Part shown: piece after piece, positions 49,098-63,314 of the stretch
Layout of the letters: each line of letters begins with the position of its first letter
Numbering within the stretch: position 1 is the stretch's first letter
Assembly (NCBI RefSeq): GCF_000143415.4
Contig: NW_003314325.1
Span: 962,086-1,026,085, forward strand
DNA length: 64,000 nucleotides
Direction: 5' to 3'
DNA from: Selaginella moellendorffii
Taxonomy: Eukaryota > Plantae > Lycopodiophyta
Program-made: the position numbers and the translations under genes
Notes under the pieces: model-generated
The model's database searches: none
What the model saw: only the letters and a program-made list of their open reading frames with translations
What the model was told of the DNA's origin: nothing

Positions 49098-51806
49098 ATA
49101 GGTTCATTTTAACACTATTTCTTATAACCCAATAGTATGTCTACGCATAAAATATTTTGCCCATATTTCCTACATTTAACACTGATATTTGCAGAATGCA
49201 AATGAATACCTAAGATTTGATCACAAAAACCATATCTTCGGATATACACATTGCACTAACATTCTTCTTCAATCATTTTCAAGATCCAATGTGAAGCTGA
49301 AACATTAACAAGAAAAATGGATTTTGAAGCCAAAACACTAACAAAAAATATGATATGAAAAATCAAGGTCTAAAGAAAATTTTTCATCACTTGAAGCAAT
49401 AATATCACTTCCACTAATACAAATGTTAGTAATGTCAATGCCTTAACTTCACATTTTTTCTATCCAACAATTTACTTTAAGTGCTAACAGACTTACCAAC
49501 AAGTTATAGCAAATAAATGCTATAACTTTTTCCAACACCTTATAAGTAAACTCTCAAAGAAACAAGGTACCAACTCAAGCTTAGCATAATAGACCATCAT
49601 TGAGAATCCAATCAAAGCTACCCTAATACTATTACTTGCAAGTAGACTAACTTCACTATCAACCACTTTGGGGTTGATTATCGTTTGACTAAGCAATTAT
49701 GATGATTTACTATAGGATAACCACGAAGAGGAATTTAAATCCTTTATGTGCCATATGTCATATGGCACATGCCACATACCACATGCTTAATGATAGTGGA
49801 GCAAAACCTAAGTTTCAAGGCCTTAAGGCCACTGAATGAAGGAATGGAGCCAAACTCTTAAGTATAGAGCCAAGGAGCGAAGAAACTAAAACATAGAGTG
49901 ACTTCTGAGCATACAGCCTAATGAATGAAGGGTTAGGGGCACAGAGCGACTTAGAATAGTCCTAAAATATTTAGCATTCTAATGCCAGAACCAACATGTA
50001 AATTGGAGCCAAATAGAGTCTGGCACTATTTCAATATACCGGTGGCCGAATGCGAGGATATAGGTATTCCACCAACTAACATGTTGTGGAACTCAGGCTT
50101 AGTTCCAAACTTGACTCAAAATAAGGATGTGCACGCAAGTAAGAGCTAAACTATGCCTCAAGTTGGTCAACCATGCTCGACCTACCCACTATCGGGGATG
50201 GTCCAAAGTTGAGTTGAGCTCAATTCAACACAAGTCAACTCAAGTCAACATAGTCAACTAGAAGTCTTACAAAGGAAAACTAATTGAATAAATGAAGATT
50301 CTAGCAAACTTTAAAATATTTAAATATGTAAATATTTGAGTTAAAAGTTTTTATAAGATTGAATTGTTTAAAAAAGACAAAGTTCACGAGAACCTATCTT
50401 TTATAAAGCTATATTATTTTATTATGACTATTGTTACAGTGGTCATATTTTGATTTGACTACTTAATATTTTGAATACTTTTATAGCTGTAGATACTATT
50501 CTTTTATTCAAAAGATTTTTTAGAGTTCTTGAGAAGATGGGAAGCAAGTAAAATACAAGATCTGTAAGTAAGAGTTGTAGTGCAAAAGAATGTGAGAATG
50601 CTAATTTTGTTTCACTACCACAATCTCTATATTACACTCCTGGTTCTTATTACCCATCTAGGAATGTGAAGACCACTATCACGATTGATAAAAATGCTCT
50701 TGTTACTTTTAAAACAACAGTCTAGAGTAAGAGAAATGAAAAAATGAATAGCACGGCGGAAAGCACCAAGAAATCTACTCCATAAAACTTTCCATGACAT
50801 TTGTAATTTACATATTAATTCATATTAAAAACTCTGTTGCCTGCCTATATCGCAATCCTCTCATATGATAAGACCAAGGTATATTTTTGCAATGAATCCT
50901 CATTAAAAGTTTTCGGGAGTTGTTTGTGAATAATAATAAAAGAAATCGAAATCTTTCAAAAGACTCAAAAGTAATATCACATCAAAGAATCAACTTTATC
51001 TACATTTCCAAGACTGAAAGGCAATCTTATACGAGAGAATGGTAACATGTTGTGCTTTTCCACTATAATGTGGTTTATATTTCTATGATGAAATCTTACT
51101 TTGCTACACAGATATTCTTTTCTACACATACCAAATGTCTAGGGAAATAGACTGTAAAATGATAGATACACGATAATCTAAAATTCTAGAATCTCTTATG
51201 TTTACAAGAAAGCTATGATTATGAAGCCCCATTTCCAAGACTGACATTTAAAGAATCTGAGTATTGTCAATGTCATAATAAATAAACCTCATTCCCGAGA
51301 CTAAAACTTAGTATATAAACTATCTAGAAAAGTTATAATCATAATAGTTTTTTTGTTTTCCTTGAGCTCTTTGGAAGTTTGTATTGAAATGGCTCAAAAG
51401 AAAGTCACTGCTACTCATATTTGGCCCCCCAGCATTCCATATCAATCTCTACCTCTATCCCCAAGTTCTACCAACATTCCACCTTCACCTCCACAAAACA
51501 ATCCTTTTTCTATTAAGGGCTCTAGTGAAGTTGAACTAGAGCTCCATATATATGAAATTCCAAATCTTGCTACTAGAGAGGGATTGCCTCCAACACTTCA
51601 AAAGCAATGCCACACATTTTTGCAAGATCTTGCTCTTGATATGGTAGGACTGCTTGAAAGCACAGAATGCTATTATATTTGATATCTAATATGCACGGCA
51701 GGTCTAGAAAATGTGCATATATGGATGTACAATAGATTCAAGAATGAGTTACGAACACATACCCACTACTTCTTCATGGTGAGGAACAACATCCCCTTAA
51801 AAAAAC

Positions 51807-51968
51807 TATAGCACACCTTATCTCTCTCCCCTTAAGCTAACTAAAAAAGGGATAATTGCTTGATGAGAGAGCCCTTAGTGGTTATTTTATCCCCATTTTT
51901 CCCCCAAGGTTCCAAGGATCCACGATGACAATATATCCAAATTTCATCCCATGATCACATGTGCTACA
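51807..51968 (-). mobile_element. Family D solo LTR, TSD AAAAC
   Basis: Reverse complement of 45918-46080, flanked by AAAAC on both sides. Confidence 0.85.
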
Positions 51969-52549
51969 AAAACACTACATCGGCTAGTGCAAAATATAAG
52001 GTTTTTAGGCCACCCTATAGTGGAATGTAAGATCTAGAATTACTTTACTATATTATAGTATTGTCACTATTAAAATAAAAATATAATAAAATGATATTAG
52101 TTGTAGGTAACATACTTTGTTCTAGAAGGTGCTATTATATCACATACAATTGTTTATAAAATATTGAAGGAGGAGATGGCAACACATAAACGCTACAAAG
52201 TGATGGTGATAGGTGAGAATGATAATTTGCAATTATGATATCTAATACTGATACTGACATCTGACACTTTCACTAATCTAACACTTTCACAAACATCTGA
52301 CATATAACAAGTTTTTCATTTTATGTAAAGATGCAATTAACTTTCTTTTGCCTCATCATCAACATATTGATTTCTTTTATGCTTCCTCCTATATTAGTAT
52401 TGTGGGGAAGATTCACCTTGAATATGTTGAGCCATAGCTTTTGCATAATCAAGGAGACTTCCAAAGCCTCCAATTCTAGAAACTCTAGGTAATTGTGATT
52501 TATAAAATAGAATTAATCATATATTGAAATTTTAATAAACATAATTTAC

Positions 52550-52966
52550 CTATTTGAGGTTGGAGGCAACTCATGAAATCCTCTAAGCTGACATTTGAAG
52601 AAATGATGTTCTTCAATAGCAAACACCAACCTACCAAAATCATGTGCTACCTCCACCATAGAACTGCTACTTGTTGTGCAATCAATCACAACACCATTTA
52701 GTGGGCAATAAAGCTCAAACAAGACTTGCATTGCTGATGGAGTTCGAAATCAATACCCTGGAAACGTGTTGTAGATCTGCTCATCCACAAGGTTGGGTAT
52801 GATGGATAATAGAATTGTCATACCCAGGAAAAACACGTCATTCGCTATCATGAAACCTATCATGTGTGTTTCTGTAGAAGGTATGATAGTCCACATCATA
52901 ACCTAAAAAATAAAAATGTTTAGAAATTAGATAAAAATATAAAAGACATACTCACCTTTTTAGGCT
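52550..52966 (-). pseudogene. Decayed DNA N6A/N4C-methyltransferase-like exon; intron 52903-52955
   Basis: FRTPSAMQVLFELYCPLNGVVIDCTTSSSSMVEVAHDFGRLVFAIEE resembles the beta-class MTase C-terminus KP..LMxxLIxxYSxxGxxVLDxFxGSGST..AA...GRxxIGIE. Confidence 0.55.
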
Positions 52967-53404
52967 TTGGTTTTTACCCTTTATCCTATGGTGATTTACC
53001 ATAGGATAACACCACGAAGCGGAACCTAAACCCTCTTTATGCCACGTGACAGATGCCACATGTCACATACCACGTGTCCAAAGGACAATGGTGTGGAACC
53101 CGAGTTTCAGGGCTTTAGGCCACTGAACGAAGGAACGGTGCCAAACTCCCAAGCTTGGAGTTAAGGAGTGATGGAACTGAACCACGAGCAACTCCCGAGC
53201 ATATAGCCCAAGGAGCGAAGGGACAGGAGCAACTTGGAACAGTCCTAGAGCAACCAGCATCCTAATGCCAGGACCAGCATGCAAAACGGAGCCAAACGGA
53301 GTCTGGTGCTATTTCGGCATAGCCTAACGTGAGGATATGGGTACTCCACCAGCTAGAATGGAATGGAACTTGGGCTTAGACCCAAGCCGGACGCAAAACA
53401 AAGA

Positions 53405-54455
53405 TGTAAGCTACAAATTTTTCCTTTTCAATTTGCCAGCTTACCTTGTATATCCGACCAACACTGCCTTGGCTTGTGTTAAGTTCCCTCGCCAAGGTTC
53501 CCGCCTATTGTACCAGCTCCTACTTGGTCCTACTTGGTTTCAGCTACTCACTGCATGAGCAACAGAGCATTAACCATCCATCCACGGATTCCCAAATCTT
53601 TCCCAATCCCCCTCCCCGGGTTAGACTGGACTTAAGGTTCAGCTACACTCCCCGCAAGCACAAGCAACCAAGCACACCAAGCCTTCAGGTTCCTAACACC
53701 CCTTGGTACAACAAGACTTGATCATGGGACTCTCTAAATCCCAAGCCTTGGGTGCAACACTTGCTTCGGGACCTCGGGGCGAAACACCGTGGCCTAACAG
53801 CCCGGTATGGGTACCTCTAACCCCCCACTTCCATCCCGAAGGGAAGGCCCAAGCCCCTAGGAAGGGTGAGGACCAATGAGCCACAAGGTACTCAAGTGGG
53901 ACACCACTCCACATGAGCCGGGAGCACCGCAATTGGTTTCTCTTTCAAGAGTGGGAGCTGCTCTTGAGCACTTCCCTGGGTGGCCCCTCCGGCACCACCC
54001 AAGCCCATGCTCACTCCCATCCAAGGCCCCTCGGCCCCAGTCTCAACCTCAAGTCAATTTGGAAGCACCATTGGAGAGTTCCTTCAAGACTGATTCCTAG
54101 ACCTCACTATCCCTACTATACTTTTGGAACCCCCTGCAGCCCCCCCGCCCCCTTGGGAGACGCACGCTTTGGACTTTCACCCCTTAACCCGTATTAGTAT
54201 TCGGACTCGGTCTCGGACTCGATCTCGGACTCGATCTCGGACCCGATCTCAGACTCAACTTTGGACTCGACCTCAGACTTGATTTCAGACCCGATTTGGC
54301 CTCGGCTTGATCCTAGACTCTATCTCGAACTCAGTCTCAGAGTTGGTCTTGGACTCGATCTTCGACTCGGTCCCATCCGATGAACTCTTTGTCATTTCTG
54401 TCATGCTTTCGGGGATCCTTTAGCCTACGACATCTCGGGGAGTCGGTTCCTTACA
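53405..54455. mobile_element. Family B solo LTR inside the family A LTR, TSD AAAGA/AAGGA
   Basis: TGTAAG...CCTTACA. The empty site CAAAACAAGGACAGG is at 61721. Confidence 0.9.
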
Positions 54456-57400
54456 AAGGACAGGCACACAAGCAAGAGCTAGACTATGCCTCAGTTTGGT
54501 CGGCCATGCCCGACCTACCCACTATCCTATCCTTACTATACATTTGGAACCCCCCACAACCCCCTCGCCCCCCCCTTTGAGAACACACGCTTCACCCCAA
54601 GCCTCCCTTAGTATCAGGAGTTAGTCTCTGGGACAAGCTTGAAACTTACTAAATATGGAATGGCACTAGAATGTGAATTTGGATATGGGACAAACACCAT
54701 TGTGTTTAGAACAATCTCCACATTCCATAGATATGCCAAATGAGCAAATCTAGACACTTTCCATATTTAGCATTTGGGACCGAATTGAGACTAACGTTAA
54801 GGGCATGATAGCGAGGGTGTTTGGCAGACACAGTAAGCTATCATTTAGCAATATTGAGGGACCAAGCTCAATATCACGAGGGTTCCCAACACTAGCAAGT
54901 GCAAGTCAACAACATGAGTTTCTCATCACCGTGTCAAGTTCGCTTGACAAATGACAACTTAAGATTTCCTTCCGTAGTGCCCTTCCGGTCTAAGTGCACA
55001 TGTGATGACTAGTTTCTCAACTAGCTCAGGCAAAGACTAATAACGGGTCTAGCAATACCGACCTCCTGCCATCGCGGTAGTAAGGAAAGAATATCTGAAA
55101 GGACTAGCCGACAGGTAACTTTTGATACCCAAAATCACATTCGTGAAACTCTCCCCCCCTAGGGAAGATTGACGTCCTCGTCAATGCATACTCAAGTCTA
55201 GAATACCGCTAAGGAAATAACTCCAGAAAAAGTTCACGGTATTCACACTATGTGAGAAATGCACCAACTTAAATGAGTTAGGGGTAACCTCTTTGTCTAA
55301 CGCAGATGCGCTACCAACTCAGACACCTTCCGGCCATCGCCGACAAGGAAATGACTAACGGAGTCAGCCACCCTTGCTACTCTGGGTGTCACCCAACTAC
55401 AAAATTGTGATATGCCCTGCCTGCAGGGACATAGAGAGAAAAGCTAAAGGCCCCAACCCTCTTGAGCAAAAAAACCAAACCCATCGGTAAGGTTTAGATA
55501 GACTACTGTAAATAGGCAGTTAAAGTTGTTTACACAGTCACACCCTTTCAACGGAATAAGGAACATCGACAAAGAGGCGGGTGATGTGACCAATCGACAG
55601 TAGCTACCCCATGACTAGAGATTTCAACATGCACACGAAGTGCTGAAGCCAGTCTGCCTATACTGGCCCAAACTCAAAGATTAATATATGGACAATATCA
55701 AAGTTATAGACAATGTTATCTTAGAGATTTAATTATCAGTGAATAAAGCTTAGATTAGAACACAAAAGTATTCCAAGTAAGTTATCATCCAATAAACTAG
55801 TAGTATAGGAGAGGAACCACCAAGATCACTATCATTGGAAAACATAGGATTCACCATCTAACAAAAGTCAATAGCAAATATATCATCAAGTAAACTCAAT
55901 GAGAGAACGTAACTACTGAAAATTGTAGACAGTATGCTAAACAACTTATGAAAGATAACTCAAAGAACACTAAGTATCATTCACTGGCAAAATGCTCGCG
56001 AATGTATCACCAAAAGGAAATAACATTCCAACCTATCAGAACTAACTCAAGTAATAATCAACAAAACAGAATGAATGTGGTAAAACCAACAAACAATCGT
56101 TCATGCTAACTATCACACTAGCTAATCTGAATAGATCCCAACCAACAACACCAAGGAACTCAAGTTGCTTAAGCAAGTGTCAACAACATCCTACTGATGT
56201 CTCAAACCCAAGAGACCAATCTAGAACAAACCACAAACAACTTGTGGTATTGCGAAAAGCCATAAGCTATCAAAGAGAATAATTAACCATTATGAAAGAT
56301 CATCAATTATCCCACCAATGAAGAGATGCATAATCATCGTCGAAGAAAGAATCTACCATCCCGAAGAATGGCTAATCATTCTATATCAATGATAATCAAG
56401 CAAAACCCCTAACAAGGATAATCAACTACCCTAAATGATAGTCAATCATCACCATTGATTGCTAGATGCAAATACTAACTTCAACATTGAAGCTAATGAG
56501 TTAAAATGCCTTCCCTAACAACTTATAACAAATGGAATAATGAGCATGAAACTCAAAAAAAAAAACCAAAAGCTCAAAGAATCCTATAGTTAAGTCTTTA
56601 TCTATAATGATCATAAGTCTTGCATGAACTAACTTCAATGCTAAAGAAGAAATCATGGTATGACCCACAATATCTTTTTCAACACATCCATAAGTTAAAC
56701 TTCATAATGCCAAAGCTAATGAAGAGCATGTTTGCATCAATCCAACAGCTAAGCATAATGAAGCTATGTTCAATAAGTGATCACCAAACAATCCTCCATG
56801 AATCCATCTATAGCAAGACGTAATTCACTTCATAACAAGCATAAGAAGAATCATCAATGATCGATATATTCCAACTCAAATCTAATAAAGATTCAAATAT
56901 TGAATATCGATCACTAATTCACCCTCTCGTAAAGCTAGTATAGTTCATGACTAAATCATGTTTCAAGGAAAAGCTAAAGCTCATCCCCTACTAAACAATC
57001 TCATCAAGAACACAACTAACTCAACTTGCCACTTAGTTCATTTGAACGTTAACACAGTTGCTAACTAGCAAATGTATGAATGCCAACAACACAAAGAAGC
57101 CAAATCATCAACACTATCTTCATCAAGACTAATGAAACTCAATATCAATCATTGAAAGGATATCTCATTTCACTTAGATCTCAATATCAACAATGTCAAT
57201 GATAAGGCATCACTTCAATGCCATCAACACCATAACAAAGCTAGAAGAAAGCAAGAGTGAATCACCACTCAAAGCTCTCTAGCAACCAAGCTAACCAAAG
57301 TCAAAAATACTATATTTGGTATTCGAGACTAATCCTTCAACAATACTTAGCTACAGATAACACATCTTCAAGGAGTGAATCACCACATCCAAGACTCTAT

Positions 57401-57775
57401 GAAATCCAACACCACGAACTAAATGTAACCAAATGATATCAACAAAGGTAGAGTTAACATCCCAACATAGAAAACCCATGTAAATCTAACGACATGATCC
57501 TCCGCAACACCATCCGGTAAAGCAAGCCCATCACTGCTAAATCATTATCGAGCAAAGCAAGTGTCAACAGTCCTCGACTAAGTCTACAAGTAATCACTAG
57601 TCGCAAAGCAACTAATAGTCACTCCTCAACTTGCCTTCACAAGACCCAAACACCAACTCTTATCAGCAAGTTATATACTTGTCCAACATGAACATGATAC
57701 CCTAGGTACGAGATAAAAATTCATAGACAAGCATAAATTAAATGATCACTCAAATCCAACTCAACCGCAATAAGC

Positions 57776-58929
57776 TGTAAGCCACAAATTTTTCCTTTCC
57801 AATTTGCCAGCTTACCTCGTCTATCCGACCAACACTGCCTTGGCTTGTGCTAAGTTCCCTCGCCAAGGTCCCCGCCTATTGTACCAGCTCTGACTTGGTC
57901 CTATTTGGTTTCAGCTACTCACTGCACGAGCAACGGAGCGTTAGCCATCCATCCACGGATTCCCAAATCTCTCCCAATCCCCCTCCCCGGGTTAGACTGG
58001 ACTTAAGGTTCGGCTACACTCCCCACAGGCGCAAGCAGCCAAGCACACCAAGCCTCCAGGTTCCTAACACCCCTTGGTACAATAAGACTTGATCATGGGA
58101 CCCTCTAAATCCCAAGCCTTGGGTGCAACACTTGCTTCGGGACATCGGGGCGAAACACCGTGGCCTAACAACCCGGTATGGGTACCTCTACCCCCCCACT
58201 TCCATCCCGAAGGGAAGGCCCAAGCCCCTAGGAAGGGTGAGGACCAATGAGCCACAAGGTACTCAAGTGGGATACCACTCCACATGAGCCAAAAGCACCG
58301 CAGTCGGTTTCCCTTTCGGGAGTGGGAGTTGCTCTTGAGCACTTCCCTAGGTGGCCCCTTTGGCACCACCCAAGCCCATGCTCACTCCCACCCAAGGCCC
58401 CTCGGCCCCAGTCTCAACCTCAAGTCAGTTTGGAAGCACCACTGGAGAGTTCCTTCAAGATTGGTTCCTGGACCTCACTATCCCTACTATACTTTTGGAA
58501 CCCCCTGCAGCCCCCCCCTGGGAGACGCATGCTTTGGGCTTTCACCCCTTGACCCGTATTAGTATTTGGACTTAGTCTCAGATTCGATCTCGGACTCGAT
58601 CTCATACCCGATTTCGGACTCGGTCTCGGACTCGATCTCGGACTTGATCTCGGACCCAATCTCGGACTCGACTTCGGACTCGACCTCGGACTTGGTCTCG
58701 GACCCGATTTGGATCTCGGACTCTGTCTTGAACTCGGTCTCGAACTCGGTATCGATCTCGGTCTCCGATTCGGCCTCGGCTCGATCCCAGACTCTATCTC
58801 GAACTCAGTCTCAAAGTCGGTCTTGGACTCGATCTTCGACTCAGTCCCATCTGATGAACTCTTTGTCATTTCGGTCATGCTTTCGGGGATCCTTTAGCCT
58901 ACGACATCTCGGGGAGTTGGTTCCTTACA
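57776..58929. mobile_element. Family B solo LTR, TSD TAAGC/AAAGC, with a (TCGGACTCGATC)n-like array at ~58566-58845
   Basis: TGTAAG...CCTTACA. The empty site CAATAAGCTCACC is at 47836 in copy 1. Confidence 0.9.
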
Positions 58930-61811
58930 AAAGCTCATTAAAACATTTAGCCAATAGCTCTGAGCATGCTTTGAAGAAGCTAGCTATGCATGATCAACAC
59001 TCAGTAGAAACTAAAGTGAAGACCATGAGATGGACTTATATCGGTACACAACCTCCTCATAGACAAAGTTATAGTATGGGTACCAACATCTCAATCTCAA
59101 ACAACTAAGTTAGACATCACCATCCTCAACCAAGGCACAAGGCCACCAAGACCAAGCCAGGATCAGTGAGAGCTCACTACTCTCATAGAGTCTAAGCAAA
59201 ATGCAAGGTGTAACCTGCCACCGAGCACAATGCTACAGAAGAAAGGCACAAGGGTCACCTTTCTAGAAAAGTACAATGGCCACTTTTCTATACCAACTCC
59301 AGACTCTATCCAACTCAATTGCCTTAGCCCCAAAAGTCAGCATCCCTTTTGGGTCGCATCATACAAACTACTTACCAAGGTTTAAGCCAACCAAAGTCAA
59401 TTCCAACCCCTTCACTAGTTTGTATTGACTTACAAAAATGGAATGGTTTTCGGCAAAGTGATTAACAGATCAGCCATTGGAGAAGTCTAAAAAAATTTGT
59501 GGAAAATTTCCATCCTAGAGAAAGAATAACTCTCAGTCTAGGATTGCAAACTTTCAAGACTCAACCAACTTCCTTTTACAAACAACTTCACATAGGTTCA
59601 CCTCAACATAAATTCTCATGATTCAACAATATGCTTAAGAATCAAACATCTTTTTGCCCATACTTCCGACATTCAACACTGACATCCGCAAAGTGCAAAA
59701 TGAACATCCAAGGCTTGATCATGAAGACCACATCTTCGGATATCCACATTGCACTAACACTCTTCTTCAATCACCTTCAAGATCCAATGTGAAGCCAAAA
59801 CACTAATAAGAAAAATGACATGGAAAATCAAGGTCTAAGGAAAATTCCTCATCACTCAAATCAACAATGCCACTTCCACTAACACAAGTGCTAGCGATGT
59901 CAATGCATCAACCTCACACCTTCTCCATCCAATAATCTACTCCAAGTGCTAACGGATCAACCGATGAGCTATAACAAATGAATGCTATAACCCTTTTCCA
60001 ACCCTTTAGTGGGCAAATTCAAGGAAACAAGGTACCAACATAAGCTTAGCATAATGGACCACTATCGAGAATCCAGTCAAAGCTACTACAATGCTACTTC
60101 ATGCAAGTAAACTAGCTTTATTATTAACCACCTTAGGGTTGATCATCGTTTAACCAAGCAACTTCGTAAACACATTGCTCACTATCACATGGATATGATA
60201 TAAAATCACAATGATTTGATCATCAATTGAGTAATACCATGAATAATGCCTATGTCATTACTTCAAAGGTTTATGTAAGTATCAAGTGCCAACTCGATTC
60301 GAAAAAATGCAACATAAATGCCACACTCCACTAATAGAGATTTACAACACCCAACACTACTAACGTTTTTTTCACAACACGGGCAAGCTCATGCCACTCT
60401 CTCTCCGACCAAACTTAACACTAAGTGGTCACCAAACTACTCAAGGAGCAATAGCAAGATTCCCCGGAAAAGAATTGAGCATTGTAACCCAAGTCTTCCA
60501 ATAGCAAGCCTAGACAAAATGGTATAGCGCTTCACTGCCATCCATCCCACGACTCACCACTTGCAAGACCATCATTTCCAACATGCATCAAAGTAGGGAC
60601 CCTTGATTGCATACCATGAACATAAACAATGAGTCACACCTCGTTGCAAATCATCTCTCCAAGAGAAAATAATTTACATGTTTGATCCTTTGTCCCTAAC
60701 GACTCTCTTTTCTGTCTCATCTTTGACTAAACCTCAAGTTTGCTTTCGCACTGCCTTCAGTCCAATCCAAGAAAAGTTTATAAGAGAGTACAGCAATGAC
60801 TACTTCAACCAATAGACTAATCCCTATAGTCTTGATTGATCCACTTGTAAACATGCCTAGGAAGGATCCACTAGTGCTGTGCTTAACAGCTACGAACCAG
60901 CTTATTTGCCACTTATAGCAAACCCAAGGAAAGTTTACTTTCAACTATGGTACAAGGAACAACTCATGGAACTACCAATAGGCTAACATTAATCCTGCCA
61001 ACTCAAAGTGCAACCTTGAGTTGCTAATGTGCCTCACTCATGAGCCCAAGCACAAACTTGTGTGAAACAGTACACCTTAAATCCATCCTATGAGCCCAAG
61101 AGCAAGCTCACATCATAAGGTACAACAAGGTAACCAAACTTCATACTCAATGAACGAATGCGAAGCCTTTGCACCCAAACGTGTACCCACTCAGATCATC
61201 GTTTTCATCTCTGCGTATACAACAAGACTAGTTGCCCAATCTCATTGGATAGTACTCGCCGAGACTCTTTCTCTAATACCAAATGTAGCGCACATGGTTT
61301 TTACCCTTTATCCTATGGTGATTTACCATAGGATAACACCACGAAGCGAAACCTAAACCCTCTTTGTGCCACATGTCACATACCACGTGTCTAAAGGACA
61401 GTGGTGTGGAACCCGAGTTTCAGGGCCTTGGGCCACTGAATGAAGGAATGGTGCCAAACTCCCAAGCTTGGAGTTAAGGAGTGACGAAACCGAACCACGG
61501 AGCAATTCCCAAGCATACAGCCCAAGAAGCGGAGGGACAGGAGCCTAGAGCGACTTGGAACAGTCCTAGAGCAACTAACATCCCAATGCCAGGACTAGCA
61601 TGCAAAATAGAGCCAAACGGAGTCTAGCGCTATTTCAGCATATCGGTGGCCTAACGTGAGGATATGGGTACTCCACCAACTAGCATGGAATGGAACTTGG
61701 GTTTAGACCCAAGCCGGACGCAAAACAAGGACAGGCACATAAGCGGGAGCTAGACTATGCCTCAGGTTGGTTGGCCATGCCCGACCTACCCACTATCCTT
61801 ACTATACATTG

Positions 61812-63150
61812 TTGGGTATATTCCTCCATCCCTTACACTCTTTGCAACAAATTGAGTGCAAATTAGTGCCTCAAATGGCATGCCTCTATATCTATGCACT
61901 TTGTTTGACATTCACCAAAGGCTAAAAACCAAAATAATTAAAAAAGGCCCTTATAAAATGAAAGGGAAAAATATACCTTACACCACACAACGAGCATAAA
62001 ATTGATTGAGTTGTTGAACCAAGTTGTATTGTCATTTCGAGTGCGTGAGTGCCAAACAAGTGTTGCAAGATCATCACTATAATGTTGGCAGATGTCATCA
62101 TCACTCAAGTTTGCTAAAAATCAAAGTTGCTCGATGTCATAGACAAGGTTTTGCTTTTGAACAACAAATTGCCCAAGCCTACATTTAAACACGACAAAAC
62201 AAGTTAAAGTGGGGTTAGAGGTAAACTTATAAAACTTACGCATTGATCTTTTGGCAGGCCAAGATAAGTCTGTTGACATCCAAAAGTCCCCTCGCATAGA
62301 CACGGTTGACTGGAATGTTGATATGGTAGATGGGATCATCGTGAAAATGATCGTCAATACACATCATCCAAGTCTCATATTGGTGGTTACTGTCAATAAT
62401 TTAGAATATTGTCCCCATAAGCTGTCGAATCTCAGGATGTCTAATAAGTATGTTATCAAATTTCAAGGACTTCTTCCTCCAAATAGGATCCTAGCTATTC
62501 ACAATCTCGGGTGTGATGGTAACGATCTCCGTTATTCCTGACTTGCAAAAAGAGACTAAAAACATACCGATATTTGTCGCAAGGCCATTTTATTTGAACA
62601 AACTGTATATATCTGGGTTGACATACTTGGATGCTGTGTAGACAAGGTTTGTCTGCTGCAAACAGCAAAGGGGGATTTTTCTGATCAAGTCATAAGGGCT
62701 TGGCCATTTAAACACCTCAAGTGTTTGGTGAATTGCTTTTTCTCTTGTCTGCATAACAGTCTTTTAGAAGTGTTTGTCCACCATGTTGTCAGGAAGGTCT
62801 GCAACTCTTTCAATTCTAGGTTGTTCCTCAAGCTCCCTATTGTGAACACCACTAGATTGCCCAACTTCAGGGATTTATGCCAGTGGTGGGCCAGTGAGGA
62901 GTAAAGATGGAGGTGGTAGTGGTGATGGTGGGGGTGGTGGTGGTGGCGGTGGGGGCGGAGGCAATAGTGGCAGTGGTGGTGGCAATGGTGGCAGTGGTGG
63001 TGGCGGTGGCAGTGGTGGTGGTGGTGGTGGAGATGGTGATGGTGGTGGTAATGGTGGTGGTGGGGGTGGTGATGGCGGAGGTGATGGTGGTGGAAGAGGT
63101 GGAATTCTACGTAAATGTGTTTCTGTTGATGTGCCAATGGACATGTCAAT
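61812..63150 (-). pseudogene. Decayed intron-containing gene: polyproline N-terminus + ParB/Srx-like domain
   Basis: (GGT)-rich polyPro at 62910-63102. IIDSNHQYETWMMCIDDHFHDDPIYH at 62400-62323 is DGNHR-like. Intron ~61923-61978. Confidence 0.45.
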
Positions 63151-63314
63151 TATGATGTCATCGTCAATGCTGAATTGAACTTCTCATGTTTTCTTGGCTC
63201 TAACATCCTTTTTATATGGTATAATTTTCCTTTTTTGAAAAAGAATTTTTTTTTAGTTAAAATAAATAAAGATAATAAGAAATTCAAACAATCAAAGAGA
63301 GAAAAAAAATAAAT

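Larger units (their letters stand above)
41459..50193 (-). mobile_element. Family A Ty3/gypsy-like LTR element, copy 1 (non-coding, multiply nested)
   Basis: 3' LTR 41459-43971 (TGTAG...GTGACA), followed by PPT (reverse complement of CTCTCCCCCCCCTT) and a gypsy-type GAGGACGTC end. Internal region collinear with copy 2. Partial 5' LTR ~49700-50193. Confidence 0.8.
52968..61811 (-). mobile_element. Family A Ty3/gypsy-like LTR element, copy 2 (non-coding)
   Basis: Partial 5' LTR 61284-61811, followed on the minus strand by PBS TGGTATTAGAG (61270-61281). 3' LTR 52968-55148 with PPT at 55149-55160. Integrase-tail remnant VTPNSFKL. Confidence 0.85.

Noticed and set aside
51353-51682. 109-aa Pro-rich ORF
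   Set aside because: Lies in decayed repeat context with no recognisable domain.
58566-59108. Ser-Asp repeat ORF resembling an adhesin, or a CRISPR-like array
   Set aside because: Translation of a 6/12-bp tandem array inside family B LTRs; no unique spacers.
62685-63178. His-rich, Gly-rich and Val-rich ORFs
   Set aside because: Alternative frames of one GGT-rich microsatellite-like tract; only the polyPro frame is plausible.
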